Sequence record: NC_054932.1
Strand: one strand, 5' to 3'
DNA: 64,000 nucleotides
From: Escherichia phage teqdroes
Shown here: piece after piece, positions 42,538 through 51,689 of the stretch
Layout of the letters: every line of letters starts with the position of its first letter
Position numbering within the stretch: position 1 is the stretch's first letter
Made by a program: the position numbers and the translations under genes
Notes under the pieces: model-generated
What the model was told of the DNA's origin: nothing
Seen by the model: only the letters and a program-made list of their open reading frames with translations
The model's database searches: none

Positions 42538-43657
42538 TTTTAACCTTAACTGGGTCTATTGTTTCCAGTTTCGTTGCATTAGTGAACATATAAAGATGAG
42601 TTACTGAATTATTATTTGATAATTCATGGATAACTTCATCAACGTAAAATTCTGTTTTAAATTGGTTTTTACTATCATTAAAAATAATTTTAACACCAGG
42701 AGTCAAGTTAAAATTACCGACAGTAGAACATTTAGCATAGCCGTCATATTGTGCCATAGTTTGAAGACGAATAGCTTCTTCATATCCATTCCTATAAGTC
42801 ATTTCAGAATAAGCACCTGACCTTGACACTACAATAGAGTTTTCGCCCTTTCCTGTAGTAATCATTGGCAGTGAAGAATCTAAAAATGAATGAGCATAGA
42901 TAGTAGCATTTTTCATTGGGTCACGTTTGTGAGGATTCGATTTAGTCAACCAAACAAAATCATATGCTAATGGGTATTTTAATTCTTGGACAAATTGACC
43001 TATTAAAGATGGCTCACCGACAATCATTGGATATGGTTCTTGATTTATCATCATATCATAGTCCATCATGTTAACTCCCATGATGTCTTGCCACACAAAT
43101 ACAAATTTGTCACTTCCCACAGCTAGAGCAACTTCTCTTACATATGACAAATAGTTTTCAAATGTGCTAGTCCATGGAATATCAGGAACATAAGCATTTA
43201 TAGCATTTATTGCTGGAGTTAATAATGTGCGATCTTGATAAATGACACCAAGCATTTCTTTTATAGATTCACCTGCATCAGGGAAAAATGGTCTACCAAA
43301 TTTAAGATTTTCTATAGAATGAATAGTTCCCAATTCAATAGCAATGATGTTATCGCCTTTTGAATCTACTGACACTGAAAAATGCTTACATCCATAAATT
43401 CGTGTTTTAACATTATTAATATCATTTGCATTAGCTACAGAAATCTGAATTATTTCATTTCCATCCATTTTTGTATGGATGTTTTTAGAATCATAAAACT
43501 GCAGCATTCCTTCATTTCGGCCATAAAGAGAATCCCGCATAGTTAATGTAGTAATAGTAGCAGCTAATTCAACAAATCTATTATTACTCCAAGCGTCGTA
43601 GCTATCAAATAATTTAACGCTGAGATTTGGATATCCGGGGCGTTGCAACATACTCAT
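42482..43657 (-). CDS. 27: Baseplate hub subunit gp27, 391 aa
   Basis: Length equals T4 gp27; synteny. Confidence 0.9.
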   Translation of the reverse strand: MSMLQRPGYPNLSVKLFDSYDAWSNNRFVELAATITTLTMRDSLYGRNEGMLQFYDSKNIHTKMDGNEIIQISVANANDINNVKTRIYGCKHFSVSVDSKGDNIIAIELGTIHSIENLKFGRPFFPDAGESIKEMLGVIYQDRTLLTPAINAINAYVPDIPWTSTFENYLSYVREVALAVGSDKFVFVWQDIMGVNMMDYDMMINQEPYPMIVGEPSLIGQFVQELKYPLAYDFVWLTKSNPHKRDPMKNATIYAHSFLDSSLPMITTGKGENSIVVSRSGAYSEMTYRNGYEEAIRLQTMAQYDGYAKCSTVGNFNLTPGVKIIFNDSKNQFKTEFYVDEVIHELSNNNSVTHLYMFTNATKLETIDPVKVKNEFKSDTTTEESSSSNKQ

Positions 43658-44406
43658 TATTGTTTATCCTTCTCAATCAGTTTTAATACGAATCCGCGCT
43701 CAGCAGGAATCATTTTCATTATTGAATTTAAGCTATAATTACTTTTTACGAGTGTGTGATTAATTTGATAAAAAGTAAATATCTCATCTGGGTTAACTAA
43801 TAGCTTAAACACGTCTACTATATCAGTGTATTTTTTAATGTACTTATTACAGCATGACATATGTAGAGTTAAATTAATAGGATTCATTGCATCGAGAATT
43901 TGTTCTAATGTTTCTATCTCGATGGCGTCAACGAGTTCTATTTGACTAGACTCGCTAATTTCCTTCCAATCATACCAAATTTCATCTACTTGAACAGAAT
44001 GAATATTTTCAGTAATCATCTTTGCTTTATTTTCATAAAACTCAGAAGGAAACTTTAATTTAATTTTAACATTAGCTACATCAAAAACAGGTTCCTTTAA
44101 TTCTTTTTGGTATATTTCAAATGGAACTGTCTTTTCTTTTTTACATTTTGGACATACGAATGTGACTGGTACTTTTGTTTTACCTATTGACCCTACAAAT
44201 ACCTGCAAAAATATAAATGGTTGCCAAGTCTTCGGATAGTCTCCAAAATAATCATCAATTAAATCAGTAATTATTTCTTTTTGTTCTTGTGGTGACCGAT
44301 GTTCTATATCGTTTCGAACTAACAAAAAATCTCGATAATCTTCTACCGTAAATGGTTTAAAACGATGAACACCATCTGGTAATTTACAACGAATAATGTT
44401 TGCCAT
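43657..44406 (-). CDS. 51: Baseplate hub assembly catalyst gp51, 249 aa
   Basis: Length equals T4 gp51; Cys pairs (CPKCKK...CC); divergent from gene 26. Confidence 0.88.
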   Translation of the reverse strand: MANIIRCKLPDGVHRFKPFTVEDYRDFLLVRNDIEHRSPQEQKEIITDLIDDYFGDYPKTWQPFIFLQVFVGSIGKTKVPVTFVCPKCKKEKTVPFEIYQKELKEPVFDVANVKIKLKFPSEFYENKAKMITENIHSVQVDEIWYDWKEISESSQIELVDAIEIETLEQILDAMNPINLTLHMSCCNKYIKKYTDIVDVFKLLVNPDEIFTFYQINHTLVKSNYSLNSIMKMIPAERGFVLKLIEKDKQ

Positions 44407-44423
44407 AGATGCTCCTTTTATTC

Positions 44424-44435
44424 TATTTATAAATA
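44424..44435. promoter_or_regulatory. Overlapping divergent late promoters for genes 51 (-) and 26 (+)
   Basis: Palindromic TATTTATAAATA gives TATAAATA on both strands; flanked by SD sequences on each side. Confidence 0.7.
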
Positions 44436-44457
44436 TGATAAATAAAGGAGCTAAAAT

Positions 44458-45084
44458 ATGTATGAATACAAATTTGATGTGAGAGTTGGTTCTAAAATAA
44501 TCAATTGTCGCGCATTCACGCTTAAAGAATATCTAGAACTTATTACTGCCAAAAATAATGGTTCTGTAGAAGTAATTGTTAAAAAGCTAATCAAAGACTG
44601 CACAAATGCAAAAGATTTAAACCGCCAAGAATCAGAACTATTGTTGATTCATTTATGGGCACATTCTCTCGGTGAAGTTAATCACGAAAACTCCTGGAAG
44701 TGCACCTGTGGAACTGAAATATCAACCCATATAAATCTATTACATACACAAATAGATGCACCAGAAGACCTCTGGTATACACTGGGTGACATTAAAATTA
44801 AATTCCGATACCCTAAAATTTTTGATGATAAAAATATAGCCCACATGATAGTATCATGTATAGAAACGATTCACGCTAACGGGGAAAGCATTCCAGTTGA
44901 AGACTTAAATGAAAAAGAGCTGGAAGATTTATATTCTATCATCACAGAGTCAGATATTGTAGCTATAAAAGATATGCTTTTAAAGCCTACTGTTTATTTG
45001 GCTGTTCCAATTAAGTGTCCAGAGTGTGGAAAAACCCATGCTCACGTAATAAGAGGCCTCAAAGAGTTCTTTGAGTTACTATAA
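44458..45084 (+). CDS. 26: Baseplate hub subunit gp26, 208 aa
   Basis: Length equals T4 gp26; synteny 51/26/25. Confidence 0.88.
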   Translation: MYEYKFDVRVGSKIINCRAFTLKEYLELITAKNNGSVEVIVKKLIKDCTNAKDLNRQESELLLIHLWAHSLGEVNHENSWKCTCGTEISTHINLLHTQIDAPEDLWYTLGDIKIKFRYPKIFDDKNIAHMIVSCIETIHANGESIPVEDLNEKELEDLYSIITESDIVAIKDMLLKPTVYLAVPIKCPECGKTHAHVIRGLKEFFELL

Positions 45085-45482
45085 TGTCAAATATTAATAA
45101 GCTTTATTCTGACATTGACCCGGAAATGAAAATGGATTGGAACAAAGACGTTTCAAGATCACTTGGATTAAGGTCAATTAAAAATAGTCTTTTAGGAATT
45201 ATTACAACAAGAAAAGGTTCAAGACCGTTTGACCCTGAATTTGGATGTGATTTATCTGACCAACTTTTTGAGAATATGACTCCTCTTACTGCTGACACAG
45301 TTGAGCGTAATATCGAAAGCGCAGTAAGAAACTATGAGCCACGTATTGATAAATTAGCAGTTAATGTAATACCGGTTTATGATGATTATACTTTGATAGT
45401 AGAAATACGCTTTTCGGTCATTGATAACCCTGATGACATTGAGCAGATAAAACTACAACTGGCTTCCAGTAATAGAGTATAA
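45084..45482 (+). CDS. 25: Baseplate wedge / sheath-polymerisation initiator gp25 (LysM-like), 132 aa
   Basis: Length equals T4 gp25; TAATG coupling to 26. Confidence 0.9.
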   Translation: MSNINKLYSDIDPEMKMDWNKDVSRSLGLRSIKNSLLGIITTRKGSRPFDPEFGCDLSDQLFENMTPLTADTVERNIESAVRNYEPRIDKLAVNVIPVYDDYTLIVEIRFSVIDNPDDIEQIKLQLASSNRV

Positions 45483-45508
45483 TGCTTCACGTATAAACGT
45501 GGTATAAT
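45483..45508 (+). promoter_or_regulatory. MotA-dependent middle promoter of uvsY (corresponds to replication origin ori(uvsY)/oriF in T4)
   Basis: MotA box TGCTTCA 45483-45489, 13-bp gap, TATAAT 45503-45508. Confidence 0.7.
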
Positions 45509-45548
45509 GAATCTAAGTCCATCCAATAACAATTGAATAGAGAACAAT

Positions 45549-45962
45549 ATGAGATTAGAAGATCTTCAAGAAGAATTGAAGAAAGATGTGTTTATAGATT
45601 CGACTAAATTACAGTATGAAGCAGCTAATAATGTGATGTTATATAGTAAATGGCTTAATAAGCATTCAAGTATTAAAAAGGAAATGCTTAGAATTGATGC
45701 ACAGAAAAAAGTTGCTCTTAAAGCTAAATTAGACTACTACTCGGGACGAGGAGATGGTGATGAATTTAGTATGGATCGTTACGAGAAATCAGAAATGAAG
45801 ACAGTTCTATCAGCTGATAAGGATGTTTTAAAGGTTGATACCTCGTTACAGTATTGGGGGATTTTATTAGATTTCTGTAGCGGAGCTCTTGATGCTATCA
45901 AATCACGCGGATTTGCTATTAAGCATATTCAAGACATGCGAGCATTTGAGGCTGGAAAATAA
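45549..45962 (+). CDS. uvsY: Recombination mediator UvsY, 137 aa
   Basis: MRLEDLQEELKKDVFIDSTKLQYEAANNVMLYSKWLNKHSS... recognised as T4 UvsY. Confidence 0.95.
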   Translation: MRLEDLQEELKKDVFIDSTKLQYEAANNVMLYSKWLNKHSSIKKEMLRIDAQKKVALKAKLDYYSGRGDGDEFSMDRYEKSEMKTVLSADKDVLKVDTSLQYWGILLDFCSGALDAIKSRGFAIKHIQDMRAFEAGK

Positions 45963-46186
45963 TGAGATATAGCATTGATGATGCTTTTAATTATGAAGAA
46001 GAATTTGAAACGGAAATTCAATTCTTAATGAAAAAGCATAATCTTAAGCGTCAGGATATTCGTATCCTGGCCGACCATCCATGCGGTGAAGATGTCCTTT
46101 ATATTAAAGGAAAATTTGCCGGATATCTTGATGAATATTTTTATTCTAAAGATATGGGCATTGATATGCATATGAGAGTTGTATAA
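45962..46186 (+). CDS. Hypothetical protein, 74 aa (uvsY.-1-like)
   Basis: ORF track; coupled to uvsY. Confidence 0.6.
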   Translation: MRYSIDDAFNYEEEFETEIQFLMKKHNLKRQDIRILADHPCGEDVLYIKGKFAGYLDEYFYSKDMGIDMHMRVV

Positions 46187-46214
46187 ATAGATATATAATT
46201 CAGAGGAGACAATC

Positions 46215-46382
46215 ATGTCAGATAAGATTTGTGTTGTCTGTAAAACTCCAATCGATTCTGCATTGGTTGTTGAAACAGACAAAGGTCCTGTACATCCTGG
46301 GCCTTGCTATAATTACATTAAAGAACTACCAGTTTCAGAAAGTTCGGAAGAACAATTAAATGAAACACAACTTTTGCTATAG
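46215..46382 (+). CDS. Small Cys-containing protein, 55 aa (uvsY.-2-like); not in ORF track
   Basis: Own translation: MSDKICVVCKTPIDSALVVETDKGPVHPGPCYNYIKELPVSESSEEQLNETQLLL; SD AGAGGAGA 5 nt upstream. Confidence 0.5.
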   Translation: MSDKICVVCKTPIDSALVVETDKGPVHPGPCYNYIKELPVSESSEEQLNETQLLL

Positions 46383-46405
46383 TGTGACCTTTAGTCTATA
46401 GTTTT

Positions 46406-46436
46406 GGCCCTTCCTTTTTGGTTGGGCCTTTTTTAA
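46406..46436. terminator. Bidirectional terminator between convergent uvsY-side ORFs (+) and uvsW.1 (-)
   Basis: GGCCC-N13-GGGCC hairpin followed by UUUUUU on the plus strand. Confidence 0.55.
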
Positions 46437-46437
46437 T

Positions 46438-46680
46438 TTAAAAGCTTTCTTCTACTTCATCGTCTGAATCTTCTAATTCAGCTCTTTTTCCTGCCAAAGC
46501 ATCTCTCACAGAGATGTCATCAGTATCTTTTAATTCAGTTTCTTTGACTCTTTTCTTATAATAAGCTTCAAGTTCTTCTAAACCTTCTAATGTTTGACAA
46601 GAGGCAATTTTACCCATAAATTCATCAATAGAAGCTTCATAAAGAAATTGTTTAAATTCTAGTAACATCTTTTTCTCCAA
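46438..46680 (-). CDS. UvsW.1-like small acidic protein, 80 aa
   Basis: ORF track; immediately downstream of uvsW on minus strand. Confidence 0.65.
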   Translation of the reverse strand: MEKKMLLEFKQFLYEASIDEFMGKIASCQTLEGLEELEAYYKKRVKETELKDTDDISVRDALAGKRAELEDSDDEVEESF

Positions 46681-46696
46681 AGGGCCGAAGCCCTTA
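46681..46696 (-). other. UUCG tetraloop hairpin between uvsW and uvsW.1
   Basis: Minus strand AAGGGC-UUCG-GCCCUU followed by SD GGAG. Confidence 0.5.
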
Positions 46697-48205
46697 TAAA
46701 TTAACTGTTTTCATTACGTAATTAAATTTTTCATCTGCGTAGCGCTGAATACGATCAATGCCGTGTTTTAAAAGATAGTTCAAATGAACATATTTCTTTT
46801 TAGTATTAGCAGATTTTGGCTTAACACCACAATCATCTATGAGGTCCCAGACTGTTGCTATTGTCTTAGAACCATGCTTACGTAATACACGACCGATTGT
46901 TTGTAATACAATGATTTTTGATTTAACACCGTGCGCTAAAACAACGTGATGCAGATTTTTAACTGAAATACCAGTAGAAAATACACCATAACTAGCTACT
47001 ATAATTATTCCTTTACCATTTTCAGCTAAGGTTTTCATTATATTGCGGGTTTCGGTATCAACTTCCCCTGATACGTAATAAACTTTATCGTATTCATTTT
47101 TAATTAAATCGAAAATAGCTTTACCATGTGATACATGTTTAAACATGACAAAAGCGTTTTCATCTTTTTGCGCAAGCTTAATAGCTAATTTAGCGATCCA
47201 TTTATTTCTTTTACTAAGCCCAGTAATAATTTTTATTTCTTCTTGATAAGTTTTTCCCTTTAATTTAGTAGTGAACTCATCTGGATAGCGAAGAAAAATA
47301 CTATTAATTTTTAGCTCAGTTACTTGTCCATCTTCCATTAATTTAGAAGTCGTTACTGGCTTAAATATTTCACCAAACATTCCAACATACTGCATGATAT
47401 TAGCTTTGCCATCACGTAATGAACCTGATAGACCAAATTTAAACATACAGTTATTTAATCCTGATATGATAGATGAAATACTTTTTCCTGTAGCAAGATG
47501 GCATTCATCATTCATCATCATTCCAAACTGTGAGAACCATTCTTTTGGTTGTTTTACTACAGTTTGCCATGTACCAACAACGACTGGTGCATCATTTTTA
47601 TATTTATCATCTTTTGATGCTCCGCCACCAATTTTCTTTATCATTGCATGGCTGAATAAACGATAGTCAACGAAGTCATCAGCCATCTGAGTTGTCAGAG
47701 CAGTTGTTGGAACAATGATAAGAATTTTACCTTCATAATTTTCCAAATAATACCGAGCAAGCAAAGCTTGAATTAACGATTTACCAGCGGATGTTGGAAG
47801 ATTAAGAATTCTACGACGATTAACTAATCCTTCGAACACTGCATCTTTTTGATACCAGTGTGGTTCAATTCTTTTATTTCCTGAATAGATTTCTAATTTA
47901 GAAAGCCATTCATCAAAATCTTTTCTTGATAATTCTTCTTTTTCGTTAATTTGTGGGTCAATCCAGGCTTTATAGCCAAAGTTATCACAGAACTTTTTAA
48001 TTTGCCCGACTAAGCCAAATGGAAGAAGACGATTATAATCTAAAAGACGGATTCGTCCATCCCAGTGGCCATATTTGTATTTCGGATTAAAACGATACCC
48101 ATCAGCTTCAAAGCTAAAGAAATCACGGAGTTCATGAAATGTACTTTCTTCACAATCAATTCTCACGTGACTAAAATCATAAAAATGTACTTTAATGTCA
48201 GTCAT
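46694..48205 (-). CDS. uvsW: UvsW DNA/RNA helicase (SF2), 503 aa
   Basis: Walker A (LPTSAGKS), DECH box (MMMNDECH); size of T4 UvsW. Confidence 0.93.
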   Translation of the reverse strand: MTDIKVHFYDFSHVRIDCEESTFHELRDFFSFEADGYRFNPKYKYGHWDGRIRLLDYNRLLPFGLVGQIKKFCDNFGYKAWIDPQINEKEELSRKDFDEWLSKLEIYSGNKRIEPHWYQKDAVFEGLVNRRRILNLPTSAGKSLIQALLARYYLENYEGKILIIVPTTALTTQMADDFVDYRLFSHAMIKKIGGGASKDDKYKNDAPVVVGTWQTVVKQPKEWFSQFGMMMNDECHLATGKSISSIISGLNNCMFKFGLSGSLRDGKANIMQYVGMFGEIFKPVTTSKLMEDGQVTELKINSIFLRYPDEFTTKLKGKTYQEEIKIITGLSKRNKWIAKLAIKLAQKDENAFVMFKHVSHGKAIFDLIKNEYDKVYYVSGEVDTETRNIMKTLAENGKGIIIVASYGVFSTGISVKNLHHVVLAHGVKSKIIVLQTIGRVLRKHGSKTIATVWDLIDDCGVKPKSANTKKKYVHLNYLLKHGIDRIQRYADEKFNYVMKTVNL

Positions 48206-48234
48206 GTCTAAATACCATGTAATAAATATATCTA

Positions 48235-48242
48235 TATTTATA
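48235..48242 (-). promoter_or_regulatory. Late promoter motif (TATAAATA) upstream of uvsW
   Basis: Minus-strand TATAAATA ~30 bp upstream of uvsW ATG. Confidence 0.55.
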
Positions 48243-48255
48243 CTGAGGAAATATT

Positions 48256-48936
48256 ATGATAGATAAAGATTATATTGCAGAGCTGAAGGCTCTTGATGAT
48301 AATAAAGAAGCTAAAGCTAAACTAGCTGAATATGCTGAACAGTTTGGTATAAAGGTCAAAAAGAATAAATCTTTTGATAATATCGTTGTTGATATTGAAG
48401 AAGCCCTCCAGAAGCTCGCTAGTGAACCTATGCCAGAGACTGATGGGTTATCTATTAAAGACTTAATTGATGCTGCTGATGCCGCAGAGGGATTAAAATA
48501 TGACGATGAAGAAGTCAATCCAGAAGCAGCACTTCTGATTGATTCTCCAGTTAAATCTGACATTAAAATTGAAGTAGTAGAAACGGATAAAATTCCTGAA
48601 AATACCGATGTTTTGATTGAAGATACTCCTTTTGTTGAAGAAAAATTCGAACAAGCTGTAGCTGAGATTATTGAATCTGAAAAGCCGTCTGTATTTACTC
48701 TTCCGGAAAACTTTAGCCCGAATCTTCAGTTGATTGGAAAAAATCCAGGATTCTGCACTGTTCCTTGGTGGATTTATCAATGGATTGCTGAAACTCCGGA
48801 TTGGAAATCTCACCCAACAAGTTTTGAGCATGCGTCAGCACACCAAACTTTATTTAGCTTAATTTATTACATTAACCGTGACGGATCAGTTTTAATTCGT
48901 GAAACACGCAATTCTTCTTTCGTAACATTAAAATAA
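48256..48936 (+). CDS. inh: Inh, inhibitor of prohead protease, 226 aa
   Basis: Size and position between uvsW and hoc; acidic N-terminal half. Confidence 0.8.
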   Translation: MIDKDYIAELKALDDNKEAKAKLAEYAEQFGIKVKKNKSFDNIVVDIEEALQKLASEPMPETDGLSIKDLIDAADAAEGLKYDDEEVNPEAALLIDSPVKSDIKIEVVETDKIPENTDVLIEDTPFVEEKFEQAVAEIIESEKPSVFTLPENFSPNLQLIGKNPGFCTVPWWIYQWIAETPDWKSHPTSFEHASAHQTLFSLIYYINRDGSVLIRETRNSSFVTLK

Positions 48937-48945
48937 GGATAACTT

Positions 48946-50076
48946 ATGGCTTTTACAGTTGATATAACTCCTAAAACACCTACTGGAGTTATAGATCAGA
49001 CTCAGCAGTTTACTGCTACACCCAGTGGTGAAACTGGAGGTGGAACTATTACCTATGCTTGGACTGTAGATGATTTTCCACAAGATGGAGCTGAAGCAAC
49101 TTTTAATTATGTATTAAAAGGACCTGCCGGTCAAAAGACTATTAAAGTAGTTGCAACAAATACAGTTCCAGAAGCTGAAGCTGAAACAGCAGAAGCTACT
49201 ACAACTATCACAGTTCAAAATAAGACACAGACAACTACCTTGGCAGTAACTCCTGATAGTCCTGCTGCTGGAGTGATTGGAACAGCTGTTGAATTTACCG
49301 CTGCCTTAGCTTCGCAGCCACCAGGTGCATCTGCTACGTATCAATGGCACGTTGACGGTTCTCCTGTGGGCGAAGCAACTTCTGCTACATTCAATTACAC
49401 TCCTACCACAAGCGGAGTTAAAACAATTAAGTGTGTGGCTCAAGTAACCGCGACAGATTATGATGCAAAAGAAGTTACTTCTAATGAAGTGTCGCTGACT
49501 GTTAATAAAAAGACAATGAATCCACAGGTTACATTGACTCCTCCTTCTATTAACGTTCAGCAAGATGCTTCGGCTACATTTACTGCTAATGTCACTGATG
49601 CTCCAGAAGAAGCGCAAATTGAATATTCATGGAAGAAAGATTCTTCTCCTGTAGAAGGATCAACTAATGTATATACAGTTGATACCTCATCTATTGGAAG
49701 TCAAACTATTGAAGTTACTGCAACTGTTACTGCTGCTGATTATGATAGCAAAACTATTACGGCGGAAGGTCAAGTTCAAGTGACTGATAAAGTTGCTCCA
49801 GAACCAGAAGGTGAATTACCTTATGTTCATCCTCTTCCACATCGTACTTCAGCTTACATCTGGTGCGGTTGGTGGGTTATGGATGAAATCCAAAAAATGA
49901 CTGAAGAAGGTAAAGATTGGAAAACTGAAGATCCAGATAGTAAATACTACCTGCATCGTTACACTCTTCAGAAGATGATGAAAGACTATCCAGAAGTTGA
50001 TGTCCAAGAATCGCGTAATGGATACATCATTCATAAAACTGCTTTAGAAACTGGTATCATCTATACCTATCCATAA
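48946..50076 (+). CDS. hoc: Hoc, highly immunogenic outer capsid protein (Ig-like domains), 376 aa
   Basis: MAFTVDITPKTPTGVIDQTQQFTATPSG... repeated Ig-like modules, C-terminal capsid-binding segment; length equals T4 Hoc. Confidence 0.94.
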   Translation: MAFTVDITPKTPTGVIDQTQQFTATPSGETGGGTITYAWTVDDFPQDGAEATFNYVLKGPAGQKTIKVVATNTVPEAEAETAEATTTITVQNKTQTTTLAVTPDSPAAGVIGTAVEFTAALASQPPGASATYQWHVDGSPVGEATSATFNYTPTTSGVKTIKCVAQVTATDYDAKEVTSNEVSLTVNKKTMNPQVTLTPPSINVQQDASATFTANVTDAPEEAQIEYSWKKDSSPVEGSTNVYTVDTSSIGSQTIEVTATVTAADYDSKTITAEGQVQVTDKVAPEPEGELPYVHPLPHRTSAYIWCGWWVMDEIQKMTEEGKDWKTEDPDSKYYLHRYTLQKMMKDYPEVDVQESRNGYIIHKTALETGIIYTYP

Positions 50077-50081
50077 TCATA

Positions 50082-50107
50082 AGGGGCTTCGGCCCCTTTC
50101 TTCATTT
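50082..50107 (+). terminator. Intrinsic terminator after hoc
   Basis: AGGGGC-UUCG-GCCCCU followed by UUCUUCAUUUU. Confidence 0.75.
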
Positions 50108-50165
50108 TGAAAGCACACAAAACACAATCAGAAAATGATGTATATAATGGCACCAACTCGATAAC

Positions 50166-50381
50166 ATGAGATTGATTATGAGAACTGAGGTTGTGGTGTT
50201 TACTCTTCATGAGTCTGGAAAGTCATTCATTGAAATTGCTCGTGAATTAAACTTACAGGCAAAAGAAGTGGCTGTATTATGGGCTCGAGCTATGACTGCT
50301 AAGAATAAATTTGAAACTCGAGAAAAAGTTGTCTATAGAAAAAGACATATCAATAAAAAGGTGAAAAATGGAACAGTATGA
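50166..50381 (+). CDS. Small putative HTH DNA-binding protein, 71 aa
   Basis: Segment SGKSFIEIARELNLQAKEVAVLWARA resembles a helix-turn-helix; ORF track. Confidence 0.5.
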   Translation: MRLIMRTEVVVFTLHESGKSFIEIARELNLQAKEVAVLWARAMTAKNKFETREKVVYRKRHINKKVKNGTV

Positions 50382-50646
50382 TCTTTATGAAAATGAATCT
50401 TTTGCTAATCAATTACGCGAAAAAGCATTCAAAAGTAAACAGTTTAAGCTAGAGTGTTTTATTAAAGATTTTTCGGAACTTGCTAATAAAGCAGCTGAAC
50501 AAGGTAAAACACATTTTAATTATTATTGTATTGCTCGTGATAAATTGATTACTGAAGAAATTGGTGATTGGCTGAGAAAAGAAGGATTCAGCTTTAAAGT
50601 TAATAGTGATCAGCGTGATGGTGATTGGTTAGAAATTACATTTTGA
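50368..50646 (+). CDS. Hypothetical protein, 92 aa
   Basis: ORF track. Confidence 0.55.
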   Translation: MEQYDLYENESFANQLREKAFKSKQFKLECFIKDFSELANKAAEQGKTHFNYYCIARDKLITEEIGDWLRKEGFSFKVNSDQRDGDWLEITF

Positions 50647-50655
50647 GGATTAATT

Positions 50656-51660
50656 ATGTTTAAAAAGTATAGCAGTCTTGAAAATCATTACAACTCTAAA
50701 TTTATTGAAAAACTTTATAGCTTGGGATTGACTGGTGGGGAGTGGGTAGCTCGTGAAAAGATTCACGGCACAAATTTCTCATTGATTATTGAGCGTGATA
50801 AAGTAACTTGCGCTAAACGTACTGGACCGATTCTTCCTGCTGAAGATTTCTTTGGGTATGAAATTATTTTAAAGAATTACGCTGATTCCATTAAAGCAGT
50901 ACAAGATATTATGGAAACCTCAGCGGTTGTATCTTATCAAGTCTTTGGCGAATTCGCTGGACCTGGCATTCAGAAGAATGTCGATTATGGTGATAAAGAT
51001 TTTTATGTATTTGACATTATTGTCACTACAGAAAGTGGCGATGTGACTTATGTCGACGATTATATGATGGAATCATTCTGCAATACATTTAAATTTAAAA
51101 TGGCTCCACTTTTAGGTCGCGGTAAATTTGAAGAGCTTATTAAATTGCCAAATGATTTAGATTCTGTCGTCCAAGATTATAATTTTACAGTAGACCATGC
51201 TGGATTAGTTGATGCAAATAAATGCGTTTGGAATGCCGAAGCAAAAGGCGAAGTATTTACCGCTGAAGGATATGTATTGAAACCTTGTTATCCTTCTTGG
51301 CTGCCTAATCGCAATCGTGTAGCGATTAAATGCAAGAATTCCAAATTTAGTGAAAAGAAAAAGTCTGATAAGCCTATTAAAGCTAAAGTTGAACTATCAG
51401 AAGCTGATAACAAATTGGTGGGAATTTTAGCTTGTTACGTTACACTGAACCGGGTAAATAACGTTATTTCTAAAATTGGCGAAATTGGTCCAAAGGATTT
51501 TGGAAAGGTGATGGGGCTAACTGTTCAAGATATTTTGGAAGAAACTTCTCGTGAAGGTATTACTCTAACTCAAGCAGATAATCCTTCTTTGATTAAGAAG
51601 GAATTAGTTAAAATGGTACAAGATGTACTTCGTCCAGCTTGGATTGAGTTGGTGAGCTAA
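50656..51660 (+). CDS. rnlB: RNA ligase 2, 334 aa
   Basis: [45 protein letters not shown]... lysine-adenylate motif KIHGTN; length equals T4 Rnl2. Confidence 0.95.
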   Translation: MFKKYSSLENHYNSKFIEKLYSLGLTGGEWVAREKIHGTNFSLIIERDKVTCAKRTGPILPAEDFFGYEIILKNYADSIKAVQDIMETSAVVSYQVFGEFAGPGIQKNVDYGDKDFYVFDIIVTTESGDVTYVDDYMMESFCNTFKFKMAPLLGRGKFEELIKLPNDLDSVVQDYNFTVDHAGLVDANKCVWNAEAKGEVFTAEGYVLKPCYPSWLPNRNRVAIKCKNSKFSEKKKSDKPIKAKVELSEADNKLVGILACYVTLNRVNNVISKIGEIGPKDFGKVMGLTVQDILEETSREGITLTQADNPSLIKKELVKMVQDVLRPAWIELVS

Positions 51661-51664
51661 ATAA

Positions 51665-51686
51665 AAAGGGACCGAAAGGTCCCTTT
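51665..51686. terminator. Bidirectional terminator between rnlB (+) and gene 24 (-)
   Basis: AAAGGGACC-GAAA-GGUCCCUUU, GAAA tetraloop, flanked by A/T runs. Confidence 0.75.
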
Positions 51687-51689
51687 GCT

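Noticed and set aside
48270-48831. Two minus-strand ORFs (97 and 112 aa) inside inh
   Set aside because: Antisense to a syntenic, well-sized gene; no translation signals.
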